DNA from: the human T2T-CHM13v2.0 reference genome, Homo sapiens
Direction: 5' to 3' (one strand)
DNA length: 64,000 bases
Assembly (NCBI RefSeq): GCF_009914755.1
Contig: NC_060947.1
How positions within the stretch are numbered: the stretch's first letter is position 1; the number at the start of each line of letters is the position of its first letter. Both the position numbers and the translations under genes were made by a program. Shown piece after piece: positions 39,218 to 51,078 of this stretch. The notes beneath the pieces were generated by a model that searched no databases, was not told the origin of the DNA, and saw only the letters and a list, made by a program, of their open reading frames with translations.

Positions 39218-41965
39218 ATTCCATCATTCTATGAATCCAGCTACTTCAGGATCATGGGGAACTTTGTAAGACTAGTGAATTCCATGAGCATGAGCCAACT
39301 GCTGCACTTCTTTAGCCATAAAGTGAGTGCCTTGGTCAGAGGCAGTGCTGTGTGGAATACCATGATAATGGATAAGGCATTTTGTGAGCACATGGATGGT
39401 AGTCCTGGCAGAAGCATTGCATGCAAGATAGGCAAATCCATATCCAGAGTAAGTGTCTATTCCAGTGAGGACAAACTTTTTCCCTTTCCATGATAAAAGA
39501 GGTTCAATATAATCAACCTGCCATGAGGTAGCTGGCTGATTACTCCAAAGAATAGTGCCATATTGAGGACAGTGTTGGTCTCTGCTGCTGGCAAAATGGG
39601 CACTCAGCAGTGACAGTAGCCAGGTCAGCCTTGGTGAGTGGAAGTCCATGTTTTTGAGCCCATGCATAACCTCCATCCCTGCCACAATGTCCACTCTGTT
39701 CATGGGCCCATGAACAGATGACAGGGTGACGACAGGGGTAGGCTGGGGAAAGAGGCTGAGTGGTGTCCACAGAACAGGTCATCCTATCCATTTGATTATT
39801 AAAATCCTCCTCTGCTGAGGTCACCCATTGTTGAGCACTCACATGGGACACAAATACCTTTACAGTTTTTGACCACTCAAGAGAAGTCCATCTACATACC
39901 TCTTCCACAAATTACTTTGTCAGCAATTTTCCAATCATGCTTCTTCAGAGTCCCTGACCATCCAGCCAAACCATTGGCTACAGCCAAATAATCATAATAC
40001 AGTCGCATATCTAGCCATTTTTCCTTTCATGAAAAGTGCACAACCAGGTGCACTGCATGATGTTCTGCCCACTGGGAAGGTTTCCCTTCACCGATGACCT
40101 TTAGGGATATCCTAGAAAGGGGCTGTAGTGCTTCAGCTGTCCACATTTGGTTGGTGCCTGCATATCTTGCAAAGCCATCTGTGAACCAGGCCCTAGTCTT
40201 CACTTCCTCTGTCAACTGATCATAGGGAACTCTCCATTAGGCCATCAATGCATGCTGGGGGAGAGAGGCAGGGTGGCAGGAGTGGAGACCATGGGCATTT
40301 GATCCACTTTTCTCATGTAACTTACTTCTGCCTTCAGGATCTGCTTGAGCACAATTCTGTATATACCACTTCCATTTGATGATGGAATGCTGCTGTGCAC
40401 GACCTACTTTATGGCTAGATGGGTCAGAAAGCAGCCAGTTCATGATAGGCGATTCAGGTTGTATGGTGACTTGATAACCCATAGTCAATTGTTCAGTTTC
40501 CACCTAAGCCCAGTAACAGGCTAAGAGCTGTCTCTCAAAAGAGGAGTAGTTTTCTGCAGAAGATGGCAGGGCCTTGTGCCATAATCTCAGAGGCCTCCAC
40601 TGTGATTCATTTATGGGGGCCTGCCAGAGGCTCCAGACAGAATACTTATCTGCCACTGATGCCTCAAACACCATTGGTTCTGCTGTTTCATCTGGCCCAA
40701 GTGGCAGAGCAGCTTGCACAGCCGCCTGGGCCTATTGCAGAGCCGTCTCCTGTTCTGGACCTCACTCAAAACTGGCAGCCTTTTGGGTCACTCAATAAAT
40801 GGGCCAGAGTACACACCCAAATGAGGAATGTGTTGCCTCCAAAATCCAAATAGACCCACTAGGCATTGTGCCTCTTTCCTGGTTGTAGGAGGGGCCAAAT
40901 GCAGCAACTTATGCTTCACCTTAGAAGGTATATCTCGACAGGCCCCACACCACTGGATCCCTAGAAATGTTACTGAGGTAGAAGGTCCCTAAATTTTTGT
41001 TGGATTTATTTCCCATCCTCTGGCACACAAATTTCTCACCAAGTTTGTTTGCTACTTCTTGCTCACTGGATCCAATCAGCATAATGTCATCAATGTAATG
41101 GACCCATGTGATATCTTACAGAAGTGAAAAGTGATGAAGGTCTCTCCAAATAAGATTATGACACAAAGCCGGAGAGTTGGTATACCCCTGAGGTAGGGCA
41201 GTAAAGGTATATTGCTAGCCTTGCCATCTAAAGTCAAATTGCTTCTGGTGGACCTTAGGGATAGGAATGGAGATAAAAGCATTTGCCAAGTCAGTGGTTG
41301 CATACCAGTTACCAGGAGATGTGCTAATTTGCTCATGCAATGAAACCACATCTGGTACAGCAGCTACAATTGGAGTCACCACTTGGTTAAGCTTACATTA
41401 ATCCACTGTCATTCTCCAAGACTCATCTGTCTTCTGCACAGGCCAGATGGGAGAGTTGAATGGAGATGTGGTGGGAATCACCACCCCTGCCTCTTTCAAG
41501 TTCTTGATGGTGGCACTAATCTCAACAAGTTCTTATGGTTCTTATCAAGTTCTTATCTCATCCCTCCAGGGATGAGATATTGTTTTTGAGTTAATATTTT
41601 TCTAGGTAGAGGCAGCTCTAATGGCTTTCATCTTGCCTTTCTCATCATAATACCCCTTACGTTACCAGTCAGGAAACCAGTGTGGGGGTTCTGCCTGCTG
41701 CTAAATATGTCAATGCCAATTATGCATTCTGGCACTGGGGAAATGACCACAAGATGAGTCCTGACTCACATTGGACACACTGTAAGTCACACCTGAACTA
41801 AAACTAAATCAATTACCTAACCCCCATAAGACTCTATTTTAACTGGAGGACTACAATGATGTTTTGGGTCCCCTGGAATCAACGTCAGCTCAGAGCCAGT
41901 GTCCAGTAGTCCTATAAATGTCTGATCATTTCCCTTTTCCTAACGCACAGTTACCAGGGTAAAAG
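39218..41965 (-). pseudogene. HERV-L pro/pol remnant (protease, RT, RNase H, integrase N-terminal part)
   Basis: LLDTGS protease motif near 41900, RNase H AWFTDG, integrase HH-CC region and WQVDYI/GIDTYSGYGFA. Many stops and frameshifts. Confidence 0.88.
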
Positions 41966-42066
41966 GATGCAGATTTCCTTGGGGAAGGATGGGAGAAAGA
42001 TTCACTGCATAAACTGTCGGTAATGTAGTGGGGTCCTTCCTCAAGGGGACTCAGCCTCTTTTTCAT

Positions 42067-43241
42067 TCAAGGTGTTCTAGGTCTGTAAACTGGCTCAAGT
42101 CTGGAAACTGATTGAGGGGCCGTGATTCTGTTCTTATAATTCAAATTAGTCTTTTGTCCACTCATCCTAGAAGTTTTCTGCTTCTGTAAATTAAGTAGGA
42201 ATGCAGTAGTCTTCCTATGAATTTCACTTCTAGGAAGATCATGATTAATTAGCCAATGCCAGAGTTCTACATGAGTCAGACTATTCTGATTTCTGCTTTG
42301 TCTCTGATGTTCGTTGTGGTAGCTACTCCCACTTTGCCTTTTACAGTTGAGTGCCACCAGTTGGCCCCTGCCACTTCGGGACCCAATTATTCCCATTGTA
42401 TTTAAATTTTGTATTTGAGTGACTGTGGTTCCCATTGTTAGATCTGACATACGGAGAAGAGCAATTACAGGGCTCTTCAAAGATGCAGGTGCTGCCCTCA
42501 CAAATCTGTTTTGTAAGGCATTGGTCAAGGGTATATCTTCTGGACCCTCCCAGCTGGAATGAATAGGCCTAAAGTGACTAATCTACTCCACCATCCCAAT
42601 CTCCCTAAGCCTTTGGATCCCTTCCTCCACATTAAACCGAGGGAGATCAGGCATTTCCAGCTTGCTCACAGTGGGCCATCTTTTAATCCGTATTTCAGCT
42701 AACCAAGCTGATAAACTATTAGAAACTTTTTTAACTCCCTGAGCTGCAACATTAATTCTGGGCCTACTTAGGGGGCCCAGATCAATAAATTCAGCCTGAT
42801 CCAACTCTATGCTCCTTCCACAATTATCTCATACCATTAATATCCATTCCTATGCCTGTTCTCCAGATTTCTCTTTTTATAAATTAGAAACCCAAGCAAT
42901 TCTTTTCAAGTGTAGAGAAACTCCTTATTGGTCACACTTTCAACCTCACTTCTAGAGAACCACTGGGACTTATCACTCACATGATAAGATTTTGTCTGAT
43001 TTTCCAAAATTTTAGCTCTTTCTCTACAGGAGATAAGACTCTCACTTAGGGCAATTTTAGCAGATCTGAGGCTCAGTATCTGCTTCTGAAGCCAGGAGAT
43101 AGAATCCCTGAGTTGATCATTTTCTTTCATCATTTTGTCCACTGAACTTAGGAGCAAACAACCAGCGTCATTATGTTCCTTGGTTCTCCACATACGGTCA
43201 AAGGTATTATGTATAGAGTCACTAAACTCCTTGCCTCTCAT
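42067..43241 (-). pseudogene. HERV-L gag remnant (frameshifted, probable internal deletion near 42970)
   Basis: ORF pieces RGKEFSDSIHNTFD..., DQAEFIDLGPLSR..., TNALQNRFVRAAPASLKSPV. Confidence 0.85.
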
Positions 43242-44147
43242 AAGTGGTTAACCAGGTGTGTCAAATGTATTTATTTTGCATAACTCTCTAAACAGTTCAC
43301 ACCATGACTATCGGTGTTCTCCATGCTATTAGTAGTAGAGTCCTTAGCATTTGGGGGTCCAATCATATTAAGCAGCCAACTCCAGAAATGCCAAAACCAA
43401 TGAAAGAACTCCATTCTTAATATTCTGTTTCTTTAGGACCATTTCTGGTATCAAAATCTGTATTAGTTTGGGTTCCCTAGAAAAACAGAACTAATAGGAG
43501 CTATTAGTTTATTAAGTATTAACTTACATAATAGCAAGTTCCCACAATAGGCTGTCTGCAAGCTTGAGGAGCAAAGAGAGCCAGTCCAAGTCTCAAAACT
43601 GAAGAACTTGGAGTCAGATGTTCAAGGGCAGGAAGCATCCAGCAAGGGAGAAAGATATTGGCTGAGAGACTAGGCCAGTCTCCCCTCTTCACATTTTTCT
43701 GCCTGCTTTATATTCGCTGGGAGCTGATTAGATTGTGTCCACCAGATTAAGGGTAGGTCTGCCTTCCACAGCCCAGTGACTCACATCTTAATCTCCTTTG
43801 GCAACACTCTCACAGACACAACCACGAGCAATACTTTACATCCTTCAATCCAGTCAAGTTGTCACTCAGTATTAACCATTACTGTCTGAATGCCCTTTAT
43901 TTCTTTCTTTAGTCTGATTGATGTACCTAGGACTTCCAGTGCTATGTTGATTAACAGTGGTGAATGTAGGCATTCTTGTCATGGTCTGGATCTCAGAGGG
44001 AATGATTTCAGTTTTTCCCCATTCAGTATGGTACTAGCTTTGGACCTATATTATATGGCTTTATTAAGTTGAGGTAGGTTCCTTCTATACCCAGTTTTTT
44101 GAGGGTTATTATCATGAAGGGATATTAAATTTTATAAAATGCTGGGA

Positions 44148-44439
44148 TTTTTTTTTGACAGAGTCTCACTTTGTAGCCCAGCCTGGAGTGCAGTGGCATG
44201 ATCTTAGCTCACTGCAACCTCTGCCTCCCAGGTTCAAGTGATCCTCATGCCTCAGCCTCCTGAGAAGCTGGGATTACAGGCACCCACCACCACATCCAGC
44301 TATTTTTTTTTTTATTTTTTAGTAGAGATGGGGTTTCACCATGTTGGTAAGGTTGGTCTCAAATTCCTAACCTCAAGCAATCCACCTGACTCAGCCTCCC
44401 AAAGCGCTTCTTTCCAGGCGTGAGCCACTGTGCCTGGCC
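44148..44439 (-). mobile_element. Alu (older S/J)
   Basis: Full dimer on the minus strand; TSD taaaatgct (44135-44143, 44440-44448). Confidence 0.93.
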
Positions 44440-44972
44440 TAAAATGCTTTTTTTAAAGCATAAATTAAAAAGATCATGTGGGTTTTGTTCTTTATTTTGT
44501 TGATATGATACATCACATTGATTGATTCCCATATGTCAAACCATTCTTGCATCCCTGGGATAAATCCCACTTGATCATGATGAATGATCTTTTTATGTGT
44601 TATTGCATTAGGTTTGCTACTATTTTGATGAGTGTTTTTGCACCAATGTTCCTCATGGATATTGGCTTGTAGTTTTGTTGTTGTATTTGTTTTTAATTTG
44701 TCTTCGTGTGCTTTTGAGATCAGGGTAATGCTTGCTTCATAAGATGAGTTTGGAAGTACTCTCTTTTTCTCTATTTTTCAGAATATTTTGAGTAGCATTA
44801 GTATTAGTTCTTTATGTTTGGTATAACTAATCAGTGAAGTCATTGGATCCTGGGTTTTTCTTTGCTGGGAGGCTTTTTATTATGACTTCTATCTCATTTC
44901 TGTTCATGTTTTGGATTTCTTCGTGTTTCAATCTGTATTAGTCAGGGTTCTCTAGAGGAACAGAACTCATAG

Positions 44973-45012
44973 GATATATCTATATATCTATATCTATATC
45001 TTTATCTATCTG

Positions 45013-45057
<45 letters not shown>

Positions 45058-45060
45058 ATC
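44973..45060. repeat. (TATC)n/(TA)n microsatellite, continuing at 45296-45340
   Basis: Directly visible on both sides of the 235-bp insert. Confidence 0.95.
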
Positions 45061-45295
45061 TGGCACTGGAGAAATGACCACAGGATGAGTCCAGGGACCC
45101 ACTGGGCCCCGTGTAAGTCAGACCTGAGGTAAAACTATATCATTTACCTGGCCTCCATAAGACCCTATTTTAACTGGGGGACCGCAATGATGTTTTGGGT
45201 CCCCTGGAATCAACATCAGCTCAGAGCCAGTGTCCAGTAGTCCCAGAAATGTCTGATCATTTCCCTTTTCCCAATGCACAGTTACCCTGGTAAAA
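45061..45295 (-). pseudogene. Isolated HERV-L protease segment
   Basis: Translates FTRVTVHWEKGNDQTFLGLLDTGSELMLIPGDPKHHCGPPVK...; collinear with 41730-41964. Confidence 0.9.
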
Positions 45296-48200
45296 CTATA
45301 TATCTATATCTATATCTATCTATATATATATCTATATATAATTAAGTATTAACTCAAATGATCACAGCGTTCCACAATAGGCTGTCTGCAAGCTGAGGAG
45401 CAAGCAGAGCCAATCCAAGTCCCCAAACTGAAGAACTTGGAGTCTAATGTTCTAGGGCAGTAAGCATCCAGCACAGGAGAAAGATGTAGGTTGAAAGGGT
45501 AGGCCAGTCTCTCATTTTCATGTTTTTCTGCCTCTTTTATATTCCTTGGCAGCTGATTAGGTAGTGCCCACCCAAATGAAGGGTGTGTCTGCCTTTCCCA
45601 GCTCACTGACTCAAATGTTAATTTCCTTTGGCAACCCCTTCACAGACACACCCAGAACCAATACTTTTCATCCTTCAGTTAAATCAAGTTGATGCTCAGT
45701 ATTAACCATCACACAATCTTAATAGGTATATGTGTCTAGGAATGTATCCAGTTATTTTAGGTTTTTCAATTTACTGTCATAGAGTTGCTTACAGTAACCT
45801 CTAATTATCCTTTGAATTTCTGTAGTATTCATTGTAATTTCTCCTTTTTCATCTCTATTTTACTTTATTTGGGTCTTGTCTCTCTCTCTTTTTTTTTTGA
45901 TTAGTCCAACTAAATGTTTGTCAATTTGGTTTATCTTTTCAAAAAACTCAACTTTTGTTGATGTTTTGTGTTGCTTTATTTTCTTCAAGTTCATTTATTT
46001 CTGCTCTGATCTTTATTATTTCTTTACTTCTACTAGTTTTAATTTTGGATTGCTCTTGATTTTCTAGTTCCTTAAGAAACTAGAGGTTTCTTAAAGCTTA
46101 GTTAGGTAGTTTATTTGAGCTTTTTCTGCCTTTTTGATGCAGTGAGTTATAGCTATAAAATTCCCTTGAAGTACTTCTTTCACAGTATTCTATAGGTTTT
46201 GGTATGTTGTGTATCCATTTTCTATGGTTTCAGAAATTTAAAAAATGTCTTTCTTCATTTCTTCATTGAATCACTAGTCTTTCAAAAGGACATTATTTAA
46301 TTTTCATGTATTTGCGTAGTTTCCAAAATTTCTTTTGTTATTGATTTCTGTTTTTTTTTTTTTTAGATTTTGGTCAGATTATTGATATTATTTTAAGTTT
46401 TTAAAATATTTTAAGGCTCGTTTTGTGGCCTAACATATAATCTATCTTTGAGAATGATCCATTTACTGAAGAGAAGAATGTGTAACTTGTAGCCCTTGGA
46501 TGAAATGTTATATAAATATCAATTAGGTTCATTTGGGCTGTAGTGCAGATTATGCCCAGTGTTTTTTTTGTTGTTGTTGTTGTTAATTTTGTATCCCGAT
46601 GGTGTGTCTAATGCAGAAAGCCAGATGTTAAAGTCTCCAACTATTATCGTACTGGTGTCTATTTCTCTCTTTAGCTCTAATAATATTTGCTTATATATCT
46701 GAGTGTTCCAGTGTTTGAATATATATTTATAATTATTATATCCTCTCTCTGAATTAACCACTTCATCATTATATAATGATTTTTTTTCATTTCTCTTTAC
46801 AGCTTTTGTCATGAAATGCATTTTGTCTAATATAAGCTTAGCTACTCCTTCTCTTTTTTCGTTTCCACTTGCCTGGAATATCTTTTTCCTCCCTTTATTT
46901 TCAGTTTGTGTGTGTCTTTACAGGTGAAGTGTTTTTCTTGTTGGCAAGTGATCATTGGGTCTTTCTTTTTGTCCTTTCAACCACTCTATATCTTTTGATT
47001 GGATAATTTAGTCCATTTACATTAAATGTTACTATTGATATGTGAGGACTTATTCCTGCCATTTTCTTATTTGATTTCTGGTTATTTTGTGGTCTTCACT
47101 TCCTTCTTTCCTTGCTTCATTTTTTACTTTTAGCGATATTAATTTTTTTTTCTATTGGTATGTTTTAATTGCTTTCTTTTTAATATTTGTGTATGTGTTG
47201 TATGTTTTTTGATTTGCAATTACCATGAGGCTTACAAATAACAACTTATAACCCATTATGTTAAACTGATGACAAATCAACACATTGCATAAACAAACTA
47301 ATAAACAAGCAAAGAGAAAAATAATAAAATAACTCTACACTTCAACTTCACACCCCCTCTTTTTAATTTTTTGTAGTTTTTATTTAAATTTATACTGTTT
47401 ATGTCTTGAAAAATGACAATTACAATGTTATATAATTCTGCGTTTTTCTATGTAGTTACTATTACCAGTGACTTTTCTACCTTGAGGTGATTTCTTATTG
47501 CTTATTAAGGTCATTTTCTTTCAGACTGAAGTACTTTTATCATTTCTTATAAGACATGCCTGCTGCTGACGAAATCCCTCAGCTTTTGTTTCTCTGGGAA
47601 TGTGTTTATTTCTCATTTATGTTGGAAAGCAATTTTCACTGATTATACTATTATAGGGTAGAAGTTGTTTTCCTTCAACACTTTCAGTATGATGTGCCAC
47701 TCTTTCCTAGCCTGTAAGATTTCTACTGAAAAGTTTTCTGCCAGATGTATTGTAGCTCCATTGTATGTTATTTATTTCTTATCTCTAGCTGCTTTTAGAA
47801 TCTTCTTTTTATCCTTGACTTTTTGGAATTTTATTATTAAAGGTCTTGAGGTAATCTTATTCAGATTATGTCTGCCTGGTGTTTTGTAGCCTTCTTGGAC
47901 TTGAATATTGATACATATTTCTAGGTTTGGGAAGATTTCTGTTATCCCCTTGGATAAATTTCTACCCTTATATATCTGTCTACCTCTTCTTGAAGGCCAA
48001 TAACACTTTCATTTGCCCTTTTGAGGCTATTTTTTAGATATTGTAGGTGTGCTTTTTTATTCTTTTTTTTTCTGGTCTTTTCTGACTGTGTATTTTCAAA
48101 TAGCCAGTCTTCAAGCATACTACTTTTTCCTTCTGCTTGATCAGTTCTGTTGGTAAAGGTCTCTGATGTATTCTTCATTATGCCAACTGAATTTTTCAAG

Positions 48201-48662
48201 TCTAGAATTTCTGCTTGATTCTTTTGGATTATTTCAATTTCTTTGTTACATTTATCTGATGGGACTCAGTTTCCTTCTTCACATTATCTTTAATTTTGTT
48301 GAGCTTCCTCAAAACAGCTATTTCAGTTCTCTGTCTGAAATGTCTTATATCTCTGTCTCTGTGACATTAGTCACTGGTGTCTTATTTAGTTCATTTAAAA
48401 AGGTAATGTTTTCCTGGACAGTCTGGATGTTTGTGGATGTTCATTGGTGTCTGGTCATTGAAGAGTTAAATGTTTATTGTAGTCCTTGCAGTCTGTGCTT
48501 GTTTGTACCCATCCTTCTTGTGAAAGCTAAGTATTTGAAAGGACTTGGGTTTTGTCATCTAAATCTTTGGTCACTGCAGTCATTTCTGCATTAGGAGATA
48601 CCACAAACCCAGTGTTGTAAGATTCTTGTTCTAGTCCCTTACTTTTCTCCAAACAATTGGAA

Positions 48663-48687
48663 TCTCTCTCTCTCTCTCTCTCTCTCC
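48663..48687. repeat. (TC)n microsatellite
   Basis: Directly visible. Confidence 0.92.
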
Positions 48688-50444
48688 TGAGGTGCCTGAA
48701 GCAGTGGGATATGTGACAAAAAGATCACTGTAGTCTCCACCAGTGGAACTGTGCTCTATCAGACCCGATGCCAGCACAGCACTGCGTCTCACCCAAGGCA
48801 TGTGGTAAGCACTGCCTGGCCACTGCCTATGTTTACTCAAGGTCCAGATGTTCTACAATCAGCGAGTGGTGAATCTAACTAAGCTTGTGTCCTTCCCTTT
48901 ATGGCAGCTAGTTTCCCCTGGCATGAGGTGGGTCCAAAGGTGCTGTCCAGAAACCAGTGCCTGAAATTGGAAACTTTAGGAATCTACCTCCTACTCTATT
49001 CTACTGTGGCTGAGTTGGCATCTATGCCGAATGACAAATTCCTGCCTACTCTTCTTTCCTGTTTTGTCAAGCAGAGTAGTCTGGCCCCATAGCCACCACC
49101 GCTCCAGGCCTGTGGCTCGTACTGCCTGGCTACTGATGATGTTCATTCAAGGACCAATGACTCTTCAGTCAGCTTGTGGTGAATGCTGCCAGGTGTGAAT
49201 CTCTCCCTTAGGGCAGTGCACTCCTCTCTGTCTCAGGGAAGGTCTAGAAATGACATCCAAGAGCCAAGCCCTGGCTTAGGGGACCCCAGGACCCTGCTTA
49301 ATTCTCTACCTCAGTGTGGCCCAGCTGGTACCCAAGCTGCAAGACAAAGTCCCGTTACTTTCCCCTCTGTTTTCCTCAAGCAGAAGGAGTCTCTGTACTC
49401 CTTCTGTACCAAGTCTTCTGTATCAAGTTCAGAATATGTTGGGTTGCACCTGAAGCCAGCATAGCTCTTAGTCTCACCCAAGGCTCATGGTGAGTACTGC
49501 CTGGCTGGTACTGCTGATTATTCAGGGCCAAAGGACTCTTTAGGTAGCAAGTGATGAATCCTGCCAGGACTGGGTTCTTCCCTTTAAAACAGTGATTTCC
49601 TTTCTGGGCCAGAGTGTGTCTAGAAATGTCATCTGGGGGCTAGGGCCTGAAATGGGGTCCTTAGGACGCTACGTGTTGCCCTATCCCACTGCAGCTGAGC
49701 TTGTATCCAAGTTGCGAGACAGTGTCCTCCTTACTCTTCCCTCTACTCCCCTCAAGCAGAAGGAAAGAGTCCTTCCTAGAGCCGTGAACTGCAATGCCTG
49801 TGGTTGGAGGAGGTGTGAAACAAGCACTCTCTTGGCTGCCTAGGCTAGTGTCTCACTAGATCATTTGCATTACTCCACTGGCTTTGAACCCAGCACAACA
49901 TGAGGACTTGCCTAGAAATTGCAGTTCTTGTGGCCTGGATTGCTTTTTAAGTTTATTTAGGATCCTAGAACACTTTAGCCTGTGGTGGTGAGGCTTGGTT
50001 TAACTCAGGTTCCAACTGCTAGGATAGACTATTTGCCTCTGGCTAAGGCTGGTCTAAATGCTCCCTCCATGGGTGCCAGATGAGTTCTGCCCCTTGTTGG
50101 TTTCCACTCTTACTGGGCGTCACTGAGTTCCAATGCAAAGTCCTACAATCAACTTAACTCTTCTTCCCCAAAGAACGTAGATTCTCCTTCCACGTCACTA
50201 GACTGCTGCTGGGATATGGGGCAGGGGTGGTGTAGGTGATTCCAGACTGTCTTTTCTACCCTCTTCCGTGCCTCTTTCCTTGATATGTTAAAACCAGGTA
50301 CTGTGACTACTCACCTAATTTTTGATTCTTACAAAGGTACATTTTTTTGTGGCAAATTGTTCAATTTGGTGTTCTTGTGGTGGAGTGGAGTGGGGGACAG
50401 TTGCCGAAGGCTTCTATTCAGCCATCTTGTTGTGCTGTCTTCCT

Positions 50445-50527
50445 TGAGGAGCCAATTAAAAAAAATTGACTTAATTTAATTTAAATAGCCACATGTGACT
50501 AATTGCTACTGTTTTATACAGTGCAGG
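50445..50527. mobile_element. MER3-like MITE, right part
   Basis: ttaaatagccacatgtgacta...tacagtgcag terminal sequence. Confidence 0.6.
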
Positions 50528-50829
50528 TCTAGGATATTAAAATAAATGTGACATAATATACTCAAAAGCAGTAGAAACATGAACATTTCAAGTTCATGTT
50601 TCATATTGAATAACGAATTGAAAATGTATTTTTATAGTATAGCAACTGGTAAACATTTTTTAAAAATTATGTAATTCTCCACTGCTTATGAAATAAAATT
50701 GAAAATATTTAGCTCAACATAATAGGCTTTCCAAAACTCATCTCATGTCACTTTTCTAACCTTAAGTCAAATAATCTTCTAATATAAATCCCCTGTTGCT
50801 GAAATCAAATGGGACTATTTGCCACTTCT

Positions 50830-51078
50830 GAAGGAATGAGGAAACAGGTCTAGAGAGGTTATATTAATTAGCGTCACGTCAAAGAGGTGGTAGATGTTCA
50901 AATATAGGCAGTGTAATTTCAGATTTCTCTTATCACTACACAAATTTTCTTATCTATAAAATAAACATAATAATGGTGCCTACTTCTTAAGGTCAATAAT
51001 TAAATTAGTTAGTTATATGAAAAGCTTGACTTTTACCTGGTACAGAACAAGTGCTAACTGAAAATTAGCTATTGTTGA
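50830..51078. mobile_element. Two adjacent MIR fragments in opposite orientation
   Basis: atgaggaaacaggtctagagaggtta core, followed by ttttcttatctataaaat...cctggtacagaacaagtgct. Confidence 0.55.

Larger units (their letters stand above)
39218..43883 (-). mobile_element. HERV-L provirus lacking its 3' end (5' LTR MLT2A 43459-43883 plus internal region)
   Basis: MLT2A LTR, then PBS-like GATTTTGATACCAGAAATGG, then gag and pol remnants. Ends within integrase. Confidence 0.93.
44934..45713 (-). mobile_element. MLT2A solo LTR containing a HERV-L internal insert
   Basis: tgtattagtcagggttctctagag...attaaccatcaca; perfect TSD caatc (44929-44933, 45714-45718). Confidence 0.93.
37158..50444 (-). mobile_element. 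Full-length degenerate L1MA (MA2-4-like) with nested HERV-L, Alu and MLT2A
   Basis: L1MA 3' end after poly-T at 37158. ORF2 endonuclease remnant (IIVGDFN), ORF1 remnant, and a 5'UTR ending tcagccatcttg. Flanks aggaggc/aggagcc. Confidence 0.9.

Noticed and set aside
39241-43241. HERV-L gag/pol as a functional or domesticated gene (Fv1-like)
   Set aside because: Broken into short frames by many stops, frameshifts and deletions; the longest piece is 153 aa.
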